A stretch of DNA of 64,000 nt from Candidatus Latescibacterota bacterium. GTDB lineage: Bacteria > Latescibacterota > UBA2968 > GCA-2709665. This document shows, one piece after another, positions 20,127 through 29,382 of this stretch. The stretch lies in the NCBI GenBank assembly GCA_965226795.1, contig CBDDDZ010000005.1, positions 128,001 through 192,000 of the forward strand. The letters are read 5' to 3'. The translations under genes and the position numbers were made by a program. The notes under the pieces are model-generated. The model did not search any database. It worked only from the letters and a program-made list of their open reading frames with translations, and was not told where the DNA came from. Positions within the stretch are counted from its first letter, which is position 1. Each line of letters opens with the position of its first letter.

Positions 20127-20810
20127 TCATTCATCGTGCCACTTATACCAGCCATAACTTCCAAGCGTTTTATCACTGAATATGACGTCGAAAATCTCGC
20201 TGCAAACATGGTTCGGTATCTTGTCGATGCAATCTTTGCACTCCTGCCAGAATTCATACACCGTTTCCGGATGTAGGTGATCAGCAATTAGCATCGCAAA
20301 GAGGCCTGCGAAATTCACGAAAGCGGTAGGGATTTTCATCGCTTGGTGACGATTGGCCAATAGACATTTGTTGATGTCAGTTGGCTTAGCGAAGGTTTCA
20401 GGAAGACTTTCGATAGGGGAGTTTGACATCTGTGCATGGCATATTGGATGCCGGTCTTGAACATTTGAGTCGAAGTCGTAACGAATGGCCTCGCAGACCA
20501 CCGGCTTCTCGCCATTAAGTCGAAAATAATTAAGGTGGAGCGTGGATCGCTGGCACTTTTCACGTTCACATTCGATGGTCTCTTCGATTTCCGCGAGGAT
20601 ATCAATTTGTTTTCGAGAGCCACTTCGATAAGGCCATCCCTGGAAATGCAGTGGCTCTCGAAGACGAACGACGACATGCTCGTCGATTTCCTTCGCTGCG
20701 ACGACTATGCTGTTGTTGCTTGAAACTGTGTAGCCCTTTTTGCACAAAAATCCAGTTGTTTTCAACAAACACGCGGTGTAGTTTTGCTGAATTTCTCCAG
20801 GACTTGCCAA
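20127..20810 (-). CDS. hypothetical protein (possibly DUF2290-like)
   Basis: last gene of the island operon; RYDFD...HPICHAQ...KIP motif. Confidence 0.6.
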   Translation of the reverse strand: MASPGEIQQNYTACLLKTTGFLCKKGYTVSSNNSIVVAAKEIDEHVVVRLREPLHFQGWPYRSGSRKQIDILAEIEETIECEREKCQRSTLHLNYFRLNGEKPVVCEAIRYDFDSNVQDRHPICHAQMSNSPIESLPETFAKPTDINKCLLANRHQAMKIPTAFVNFAGLFAMLIADHLHPETVYEFWQECKDCIDKIPNHVCSEIFDVIFSDKTLGSYGWYKWHDE

Positions 20811-20824
20811 AACGACCTCGCAAA

Positions 20825-21916
20825 TTATGTTCCTACAAGGGAAGTAATCTGTTCAAATGTACTCTTGCGTATCCTCGCGAGATCAGCTCCTGCCGGAAAC
20901 CAATTTATGTTGCCTTTAGAATTCGACAGGCTGACTGGTTGTTGCGTAATCATACAATAGTATCCGGCACGGAGTCCCGTATCCTTATCTAGGCAAGCGT
21001 TTACATCGATGCCGCTCGAACGTAGAAATTCTCTTCCATCGGAAGCGCCGGAGTCTGCAAGCAAGTAGTCAAGTCCGTCCCGCCACCACCACTGCCCGAG
21101 ACTGGCAAACGGACCGCTATAGATTGCTTCATCAAATGGCTCTTGCACATCTCTTCGACTAAACTCACTTTGGTCAATGTTTAAGTAACTCGCGCACGCG
21201 ATGTTATTCACCATTAAACCCGGGAACCGAAGAAGTGAAAGGTATAACCAGGATCCAAGCACGCGGGGTATTCGCTGCGTGATTGCGTTTTGATTGTCCT
21301 GTCCATTGGAGACAATAAAGGTGAAAATCTCAGACATCACACTGCGATCACCGGAACCATATAATGCGATTCTATTGGCGGCGGATTCTCGTCCCGTTAT
21401 GGCTGCCAATGCGACTGAAGGATCTAGATTATTCATCGCGCGATTAACATACTCGTATTGAATGGTCTCAAATCCCTGCAACAAAATCGCCATTTCTTTG
21501 GTCCATTCTTGGCTCCCAGATCCAGTTAATGTGACATCTTCCGAATCCCAGCGCTGGAGCGCTACGTACCTATCTAACTCTCTGCCTTTCGGTCGTCGTG
21601 AATATTGACAAAACGGTAATCCAAGGTTTCGCGCGGCAATAGAAATCGCATGTGCCGAAAGACCGGGATAATTTTTGTACAATCCCAATTCCTTGTCACA
21701 GGCAATCAAACCAATTGGCGCAATGCTGTTATTCTTGCATAATTTTCTTTCGATATCCCGTTCGTAGGGCTCGCCTTTTACCTCCGGTGCGCTGCGGGGA
21801 TTAAAGGAGGCGATTTCGGCTTCTTCACCTAGATGTAGTTTAAGGTAATCTTCGATTTCCTTTCTGTAATGCTCGTCATCCTCAAACAAAAAAACCCTAG
21901 ACATTGTTCTACTCAC
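20825..21916 (-). CDS. receiver-like domain fused to an unknown C-terminal domain
   Basis: VFLFEDDE and IACDKEL receiver-like motifs; start overlaps the kinase stop codon. Confidence 0.7.
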   Translation of the reverse strand: MSRTMSRVFLFEDDEHYRKEIEDYLKLHLGEEAEIASFNPRSAPEVKGEPYERDIERKLCKNNSIAPIGLIACDKELGLYKNYPGLSAHAISIAARNLGLPFCQYSRRPKGRELDRYVALQRWDSEDVTLTGSGSQEWTKEMAILLQGFETIQYEYVNRAMNNLDPSVALAAITGRESAANRIALYGSGDRSVMSEIFTFIVSNGQDNQNAITQRIPRVLGSWLYLSLLRFPGLMVNNIACASYLNIDQSEFSRRDVQEPFDEAIYSGPFASLGQWWWRDGLDYLLADSGASDGREFLRSSGIDVNACLDKDTGLRAGYYCMITQQPVSLSNSKGNINWFPAGADLARIRKSTFEQITSLVGT

Positions 21917-24132
21917 TTTGCTGATAGTGGATACGTAACACGAAAACAGGTGTTGAAACTGGGAGATGGATCCACGATTAGGACTTTTCCATTTACTTCA
22001 GAAACGAGCCGCTTTACAAGCGCTAAGCCCAATCCCATACCTGATCCTAGTGGATTGTAGTCCGACGCCGATGTCGTTGTAAAGAGCGGATCCCATATCC
22101 GGTCTTGTATGGTTGGGGGGATTCCAATTCCGCTGTCAGCAACTTCAAAGAAATGCGTACCTTTCTCATTCCAACTCTTGATGCCAACACAGCGTTTACG
22201 TGAGGCTAATTCTCCCCCCAACACAGCCTTGAGCGCGTTCGAGACAAGATTCATAACGACCCCGTTGTAGAGGGCTTTGGGGACTGGAGGCGCGCAAACA
22301 TCCGGCTCGATTTGCAGTTCAATCTCTATACCCCGTTTTTGAATGAAAGACCTAAATTGAGCGAGGACTAACTCTGCGGCACCAAGAGCCTTGTATTCTC
22401 CAGGGTTCCGTTCTGAATCATGAACCGCAGTAATAAAGGCCATTGAGTAGTCGAGTTGCCCAGCTATTGTTTCGAGTGAACACTCGATTGTTTCCCTGAT
22501 TCCTCTAATAGAAGTATCAAATTGCTCAATCATTTCCACCTTCCGAAGTAGCTCTTCGAGGCTGTGCAAGATACGCTGCATCTCATGTGTAACGAACCCT
22601 GCCATAACACCAAGCAGTCCCATCAACTCAAGCTTCGCAGTGCCGACACGATAATACTCTTTCGTGTCATCGAGTTCCACGGACAACTGTTGGAAATGCT
22701 GCACAACCGACGAGCGATTGTTCTCTGAAAGTCCCGGAACGGACTCAAGAAACTTTACGGCTGATTGTAAATCCTTCCTGAGAGCAGCGGTCTGGTCCAG
22801 TCGTGTTTTTTCTTCCTGCCGGCGTTGCTCTCGATGGTCAACGTATGCGAGCATCTCCAGAGCTGTGCGAATCAGATTTCGCAGTTCGGCGAAAGCCGCA
22901 TTTTCGACAAAACCTTTTCTATCCATTGAAGGGGTTAGGTCGTCCGAGCCATTTACCCCATCCGCCGATGCCGACTCCACGAACACAGCTCCTACAAGCT
23001 GGTGAAAGCTGGGAAGATATAGCATGGGGTTCAGTTTGGAATCTGAAGATGCTCCACGCGGCATACCAAAGAGTTGATCCACTATCTCGCTACGCCACTC
23101 CCGCCGTCGATGGCCCGCATCGTAACTCAGTTGCAGCCAGTCATTTTCTCCATAACCATAGGGCTGGACGCGAAACCCATGATCGACGATTCCAATGCCG
23201 TTATTCCTATTGTCGCGAATCCATCCCCACGCTTTCCGCCCGTCAATCTTGGTTCCGACAAACATCCCTTGTCGTCTAGGGAAATATCGGATGTCTGCAA
23301 AGAATCCCCTGCAGATCTTCGAGATACCTTCGATTTTTCGATTCAATAATACCTTCCCACGCTTATCGGTAATGACAAATCGTGTAAACTCCTGCCTGCG
23401 AGTTACGGTTACGCGCGCGAATGCGTTATCTAGAATTTCACGACCAAGCTCAATCTCTTTCGACGAATCGTCATCAGGCAATACAATTCTAAATCCGGGA
23501 TCGTCGCCTGAACGTCCGCGCCGAGTAAAGCCGCCATTTTCCAATCCCGAGTAGGGATGTATAATTGACAGGAGTCCTGTTCGTAACTCTTTAGATATCT
23601 GAATCAACTCTGGATTTCTCAACCTACGCATAGTCAGCTTGGTACCAGTCGGGGCATTCTGGCCAACACTATTAACTTGATAGGGGATTCTTGCAGATCG
23701 AAGTTCTTGATGGTCGTCAATCCAGGGCCAATCAAAAGTCGCCGCGAGTTTCTGTTTTTCCCCTGGCTCCACTAACGCAATTGTCTCTATGGTAAGCTCA
23801 CGCCCAAGGAAACGTACCGCGAACCTACCGATGCCCTTCGAACCGGTCATGCGCCTTTGAAAAAACTTCGACAACCTGTTTAGCTGCTTGTCTGGCGTCG
23901 CGATTCCCATCCACTTCTCAAGGAACTCCGATTCTGACATACCGTGGCCCGTGTCTTTGACGATCAGTGAATCGTTCGTAAGTAAGACGTTACACTGGTT
24001 AGCATCGGCGTCGTATGCGTTCTTGATTAGTTCTGTCAACGCAACATCTGCTCTTGCGACTAACCGCTCACCAAGTTCCTGCAAGAGCCGTCCGTGGGTT
24101 TGAAAAGAAGCGGTTTTTGTATTTGCATTCAT
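21913..24132 (-). CDS. MORC/GHKL ATPase - histidine kinase fusion
   Basis: N-terminal ELIKNAYDADA, DTGHGM, GSKGIGRFA; C-terminal H-box VTHEM, NLVSNA, DSGIGI, PLFTT, GMGLGL. Confidence 0.9.
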   Translation of the reverse strand: MNANTKTASFQTHGRLLQELGERLVARADVALTELIKNAYDADANQCNVLLTNDSLIVKDTGHGMSESEFLEKWMGIATPDKQLNRLSKFFQRRMTGSKGIGRFAVRFLGRELTIETIALVEPGEKQKLAATFDWPWIDDHQELRSARIPYQVNSVGQNAPTGTKLTMRRLRNPELIQISKELRTGLLSIIHPYSGLENGGFTRRGRSGDDPGFRIVLPDDDSSKEIELGREILDNAFARVTVTRRQEFTRFVITDKRGKVLLNRKIEGISKICRGFFADIRYFPRRQGMFVGTKIDGRKAWGWIRDNRNNGIGIVDHGFRVQPYGYGENDWLQLSYDAGHRRREWRSEIVDQLFGMPRGASSDSKLNPMLYLPSFHQLVGAVFVESASADGVNGSDDLTPSMDRKGFVENAAFAELRNLIRTALEMLAYVDHREQRRQEEKTRLDQTAALRKDLQSAVKFLESVPGLSENNRSSVVQHFQQLSVELDDTKEYYRVGTAKLELMGLLGVMAGFVTHEMQRILHSLEELLRKVEMIEQFDTSIRGIRETIECSLETIAGQLDYSMAFITAVHDSERNPGEYKALGAAELVLAQFRSFIQKRGIEIELQIEPDVCAPPVPKALYNGVVMNLVSNALKAVLGGELASRKRCVGIKSWNEKGTHFFEVADSGIGIPPTIQDRIWDPLFTTTSASDYNPLGSGMGLGLALVKRLVSEVNGKVLIVDPSPSFNTCFRVTYPLSAK

Positions 24133-25547
24133 TGTCTTAACATTTGTCCGACACTAAACTCATTAAGGATGGTGTTGAGTTGGCGAATTTCAAGCTTCCG
24201 GAGTTTCCCAGAATGAGCTACGACTCTTGTCGATACTTTTGACCTCGAAAGGAAATCTTGTAGTGCTTCCCTCATCTCGAAAGGGACGTTGTATACACCG
24301 TGTACTGCCCCGACAGCATATGCTCCGACCGAATTTGCGAGCGATTTAGGTGCGGATCCAACAAAACCGGAACTTACGAAGAGATCAGGTGAGTCGAATA
24401 GCCGGTAGCGATACCAAGGTGTTCTGCTAAGACAGGTGCTAGTCGAACGAAGCACTACCGGTATTCCTTCGAGGTAGGACTCTAGTCGATCGGAAAGGTA
24501 TTTCCTGTCACTGCGAACCAACCAGCACTTTAGGCCTTTGTCCACGAACTGGGTCTGGAACGCTTTTGGAGTTAGATTCGATAGATCTTCCGGTATTTCA
24601 CGTAATGATGTTACACACGGAGACACATCTTCTGGCGAGAGTCCAGCATCGGTGCGTTCGGTTTCAGACAATGTAAACACTTTTTGACTTCCGGGACTCA
24701 TTCCGCGCATTGACCAAATCTCACCTCGGCCAGAATAATCAAGTAGGGGGTCACTTGAACCAGTAATTCCTGGTAGAGCCGTAACGACACCGCCGCGGTC
24801 GATACCGAAGAAATTCCATCGACCACTCGACTTTTGTTTGTCAATAATTGATATCGACGCGGTTGTGTCCACTGAACTAAAGATAGGTTCTGAAAATCGA
24901 TAAGCATCGACCTGCCACCCGTGTTTGTTTATGTAATTCCGCAAGGGTAAGGCAGCCGGTCTAGCTACCCATTCGTACGGAACGATCATGGCAACTAGAC
25001 CCTTTGGACAACTCTTAAAGAGTGCAAGAAACAAGAAATAAACGTATAGATTACATGTTTGATTTACGCTATAACCGGTGGATTTGCAAATGCGTTTGGC
25101 AATCTCGTCACGCCAACATGGCTCAATGTCATGGTGCCGAGCGTATGGTGGGTTGCCCACGCAAGCATCATACCCCTCATTCTCGTGCTGGAACACGCAT
25201 TCATAGGAAATCTTCGCCGATTTTGGAAGGCCGGTAGTCGGTTTTCTATCCGTATCAAGTTCGACTCCGACGTATTCCCTAAATCGTCCTCCCCCAAGCG
25301 CAAATCGACCGTCTCCGGCACCTAGATCCAGTACACTGGAAAAATGTCGGCGATACCGGTGAACGATATTCCAGAATAGCGATACGATTTCCACTGGGGT
25401 ATCGACCTGCGACCGGTGCAACTCGTATGAATTTTCCCGTGACGTCATTGCAGTACGTAAATTTGCTGGGTTATTGGAGATGTTGTCGAGTACTTCGGAT
25501 AGAGATGCATATGCATTGAAAATGGGCTGTCGTCTCAATCTCTCCAT
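24129..25547 (-). CDS. N6-adenine DNA methyltransferase (gamma class / Eco57I-like)
   Basis: VLDLGAGDGRF (motif I) followed by GNPPY (motif IV). Confidence 0.85.
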   Translation of the reverse strand: MERLRRQPIFNAYASLSEVLDNISNNPANLRTAMTSRENSYELHRSQVDTPVEIVSLFWNIVHRYRRHFSSVLDLGAGDGRFALGGGRFREYVGVELDTDRKPTTGLPKSAKISYECVFQHENEGYDACVGNPPYARHHDIEPCWRDEIAKRICKSTGYSVNQTCNLYVYFLFLALFKSCPKGLVAMIVPYEWVARPAALPLRNYINKHGWQVDAYRFSEPIFSSVDTTASISIIDKQKSSGRWNFFGIDRGGVVTALPGITGSSDPLLDYSGRGEIWSMRGMSPGSQKVFTLSETERTDAGLSPEDVSPCVTSLREIPEDLSNLTPKAFQTQFVDKGLKCWLVRSDRKYLSDRLESYLEGIPVVLRSTSTCLSRTPWYRYRLFDSPDLFVSSGFVGSAPKSLANSVGAYAVGAVHGVYNVPFEMREALQDFLSRSKVSTRVVAHSGKLRKLEIRQLNTILNEFSVGQMLRQ

Positions 25548-25795
25548 CGTTAACTATTGTCATTGGATGAGGATTACGTCTATCACGCGGTCTCTACCGA
25601 CGTTAGATGCCCATTATTTGTACAACTTTAAAAATAACAATAATATAGGTGATTTACGCCAAGGCACAGTCCAAATCGATCCATTGACCCGAAATACTCC
25701 GATCCAGAGAAACTCGATTTGGTACTGGATATGGCCAATCTACATTAAATCGTCCTTGGGATCAACTCGACCCTGATCCGATTGGTCGGGATTCA

Positions 25796-26746
25796 TTAGT
25801 CATCCTTGCTCGTAATGTGAGCGCACAAACCGCACATGGGTGAATGATCTAGTTCTTCGGGCGGGATTTCCGAGCCGCATCGCCAGCACGTGTGGTTTGC
25901 TTGCGCTTCACAGTAGGCGCAACGGTCTTCAGAAATTACATATGCATCCAATGAACATTCTGGGCACGAGACACGCGGAACCATATCTCCGTCTGTCATC
26001 GAGAGATATTGCTCCCAACTGAGCCCCTCCGTTATAGCTCTGGGGATAAATTGTTCGCTTGCTTCGTCGTTTCCACACGCGCGGCATTTCAATGACACAA
26101 CATTGTGTGGAGATTGCGGCGGCGCTGCGATTAACAGTTCAGACCCACATTCTTTACAGCACAAAGTGGCTACGGAATCACAGAGTACTTGAGAACCCCA
26201 ATCAATCGAGTCTATCGCTACTTCGCACTCTCTCCGTTCTGCCTCATAAACCTCAGTGGTCCGCAGCATTTCGTCCCAAATCGCCGTACCAAGTAGCAGA
26301 ATCGGATCTTCGTGTAATTCCGTCTCAATGAATTCCTTGAGTATCACGAAGGTGTTTGCGATTACGCTCCTAAGGGCCACTGCGTTAATTCTTGGATAGT
26401 AATGTTCGACATCATTGCGGACCCTTTGGATTGATTCGAACTTGCGCCAGTCCGTTTCGATACCCAAAGTTGCAAACCGTTCCCTTATCTGCCGGATGTC
26501 AACAGTTTTTTTGCCTTTTCCTATCGTTACGATTTTTCCTGATGGATCCTTGCGAAATTCCACTTGTGCCTTGATCAGCACCTCGTTCGATCCATGAGGC
26601 GACCGGCGTCTCAAACCTTCCTTGTACATGAGAAGCAATCCTGCAAAAACATTACGGACGGAAGCTAGCAGCCTGGGACGGCTCCCGATATTGTAGTCCT
26701 CGACTCCAACCTGAATCGCTTCAGTTGCATTTTTTAACAAGTTCAT
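25796..26746 (-). CDS. putative HEPN-domain protein with C-terminal Zn ribbons
   Basis: RNDVEH (Rx4H) in a helical N-terminal domain; six CxxC pairs in the C-terminal half. Confidence 0.6.
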   Translation of the reverse strand: MNLLKNATEAIQVGVEDYNIGSRPRLLASVRNVFAGLLLMYKEGLRRRSPHGSNEVLIKAQVEFRKDPSGKIVTIGKGKKTVDIRQIRERFATLGIETDWRKFESIQRVRNDVEHYYPRINAVALRSVIANTFVILKEFIETELHEDPILLLGTAIWDEMLRTTEVYEAERRECEVAIDSIDWGSQVLCDSVATLCCKECGSELLIAAPPQSPHNVVSLKCRACGNDEASEQFIPRAITEGLSWEQYLSMTDGDMVPRVSCPECSLDAYVISEDRCAYCEAQANHTCWRCGSEIPPEELDHSPMCGLCAHITSKDD

Positions 26747-27208
26747 GGTCGTATTGGCAGGTCTCATTTTCTGGATCTGGAAGGTCCCGTTAGACAATTG
26801 GGGGGTGGGGTGGCATCTTTCTGCAATGGGTTTTCAGGAGATAACAACTAAGCGACCAGATTGATTGGTCTTATGTTGACCTGGTACCCCTGTATGATAG
26901 CATGGCAGTCCGATCTGCCGGTAACGAATTACACATTCACGCACTTGAAAACACTCAATTCCCTGCCGATTTAGCACGCTTTAGTACCAGAGAAATCTGT
27001 CACATCCTTCTTTAAATGCTTCTACGTGTACGGATTCGTCGAACAGACCTTAGCCATTCATTGCTTTTCCTTCAGCTAACGCCATTTATCGAACTCATCT
27101 TCAACGCCCCAGCTCTTTGAAAACGTCCACAACACCTCATCTTGGTGTTTTGCCTATTTCAAAGTGAGACAATCGGCGTGTTTTTGGAAGCTTCGAGTTT
27201 TTGACGAG

Positions 27209-27535
27209 TTAGTAAGAACGCGGAAGCGTCATTTTTTTCAAAGTCCCAGTTGCAGGCGCTCGAATTTTTCCTGTGGTCCAACAAAACGAGATTGGCCGCA
27301 CGGTGAAGCCACACATCTCGCCGTCCGGTGCCGTTTCGAGAATCGTGGTTGGGAGCGCCGTCCTGTAGCGGAAGCTATAGATCAGATCGCCAAGATTCTT
27401 AGGCAGATCAATGTTGAGTTCAGAGGCGAACGTGACGATATCCCCCCGTTCAAAATCAACTTGACGTTGTCCCTTCCGAAACCTGGCGTGGAAAATTGCC
27501 TCTATGATGGCTGAGTAGCGATTTGTGGCAGAAAT
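27209..27535 (-). pseudogene. truncated restriction endonuclease fused to a GmrSD/DUF1524-like remnant
   Basis: hand translation: NRYSAIIEAIF...LPKNLGDLIYSFRYRTALP...APDGEM then breaks; a different frame reads WLHRAANLVLLDHRKNSSACNWDFEK; the start codon reads ATT after a GGAG RBS. Confidence 0.6.
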
Positions 27536-27555
27536 ACGTTACTCCTCTCCAGTGT

Positions 27556-28905
27556 TCAACGGCCGGGCCATTCCAGCATAACAACCTCTTCCCTGAGCTG
27601 TTCACCCGTCACCGTAGAAGGCCTGGTTCGAAACAGGTCGATCCCGGTGACAGTGTAACCCAATGTATCTGCAATACCGGCCAGAAGTTCGCCCGTTCTG
27701 ATCATCACCCGCAGATAGGACGCCTGGTCGCCCACCACATACGCGAGCTTTGCCCCCCGTTTGAGAGCGGGTCGAAGAGACGCCAGATGCTTTGCCATGC
27801 CCCCGAAATAGAGGAGCGTGACGCGGGCGTATTGGCGCTCGAACCCCGATGTTTTGCCGAGGGCGATTCGCCGTTTTTCTATTTCATCCGCGAGGCTGCG
27901 TATTGCAACATTGTCTGCAATTTCCCGGTCATCGGTGTCGGCTTTGTAGACGCCGCGTGTGTTGGACCTGACCAGGTTCTGTTTCAGCATCCTTAGTTCG
28001 TGTCGGTTGCCGATCAAGCCAAGAACGACGGATTCCAGGCGGGTCGTTCTCGTGTAATCCTTCTCGTTGGGATATGGCGGGGAGGTAATTACAAAATCGA
28101 CGGAACCCGGTTTCAGGATGTTTTCGACGTTGCGAGCGTCGGCGTTGATGATTCGGCTGGAGATGCTTGCGCGGCCATCATAACGGTGAATGTCCCGGAC
28201 AGCAGTCCGTATACATTTAAGCCAGGCGTCGACGACCGGAGCATCGTATTTAATTTTCCCGACCCCAACCTCCGGTCCGAATTTCAGGTTGCTGATGTGG
28301 TGTACCAGTGCATTGGCAAAGCAGACGCGGCCGTAATGTTGCAACTGATGATTTCCGTGCCGGTCGATTGCATCCAGCAGCACGAGTGCCTTGTGCAGAG
28401 GACGCGGGCTGATAGAGTCCTTCAAGAGTATTTTCGACCGCTCAGCAGGAAGTTCCTTCAGCGTGGTTGTCGGATTTCCATTTGCTGCGAAAAGAGGAAG
28501 ATCCTTCCATTCATCAAAGCCCTGTTCTTCCAGCGTCTTCTTCGTCGATAGCGCTACCTCTTCCGCGTAGCCGAGCAACTCTTCGTGACTTACACTCCAG
28601 TCGACCTTCACCGAACTTGCGAAATACGCCATGGGGTTCGGCTCGATCCCGACGCTGCCGATGCCGAGCTTTTTGCACTCTACGGGCGTGGTTCCGGTCC
28701 CACAAAATGGGTCGAGGACCGTGTCGGATCGTCTAACGTCGAACCGGTTGAGATACTCGCGGACCAGGTGAGGCGGGAATGACAGGACGAAACGATACCA
28801 GTCATGAACCGCTCTGTCTTCGGGCCGCAGTTTGTTCTGTGCCTTCATTTTATGATGCAATCGATCGGTCTGATTCGCATTTAACATATTATAATTTGTC
28901 AACAT
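27556..28905 (-). CDS. DNA methyltransferase (SPPY type, probably m4C)
   Basis: DPFCGTGTT and ITSPPY motifs. Confidence 0.88.
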   Translation of the reverse strand: MLTNYNMLNANQTDRLHHKMKAQNKLRPEDRAVHDWYRFVLSFPPHLVREYLNRFDVRRSDTVLDPFCGTGTTPVECKKLGIGSVGIEPNPMAYFASSVKVDWSVSHEELLGYAEEVALSTKKTLEEQGFDEWKDLPLFAANGNPTTTLKELPAERSKILLKDSISPRPLHKALVLLDAIDRHGNHQLQHYGRVCFANALVHHISNLKFGPEVGVGKIKYDAPVVDAWLKCIRTAVRDIHRYDGRASISSRIINADARNVENILKPGSVDFVITSPPYPNEKDYTRTTRLESVVLGLIGNRHELRMLKQNLVRSNTRGVYKADTDDREIADNVAIRSLADEIEKRRIALGKTSGFERQYARVTLLYFGGMAKHLASLRPALKRGAKLAYVVGDQASYLRVMIRTGELLAGIADTLGYTVTGIDLFRTRPSTVTGEQLREEVVMLEWPGR

Positions 28906-29382
28906 AGATAAAGAAAGGATCGAATATTCGTTGTGCAGGCGCAGTCTTCAATCCGTGTTTTGTGGTAATATAGTCAGTATCATTTCGGATTGCAAGGTGC
29001 GGAAGTGCGCCAGGGTCGATCCCAGCGGTAATGGCACCTCGAGGAGAAATACCAGCGGAGACCGGGACTTCCGGTCTACAGCGTGTGGCGCATATCTTCG
29101 GCATCGGCGGCAGTCCGCCTCTGGACACATGACAGAAGGTTGGTGAAAGTAGATTTCCCTTGACTCGAAGCGGTTCTTGAAGTTCCTTCTTTATCCGGCA
29201 AACGAACACCGGTGGTGCAGTTTTGGGTTGGCATTGCGCATTGCGATTTCGCGGAATTGAGTCGTCCCGTTCACTCGGCCTCCCGGGCCGAGGATGCAAG
29301 AGCAAAGTTGGCTGCTCTTCAGAACTCCGGCGTCTGTACTTCGTGGACGAGGAGACGGGCTTTTTGTCAACGACGGGATGTT

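Larger units (their letters stand above)
19900..29000. mobile_element. AT-richer defence island (boundaries approximate)
   Basis: visible drop in GC content; all genes on the - strand; two MTases, MORC-kinase, HEPN protein; no integrase or att site seen. Confidence 0.6.

Noticed and set aside
28930..29380. Possible riboswitch or att site at the island/FAR boundary
   Set aside because: No recognisable consensus, tRNA or flanking direct repeat found by eye
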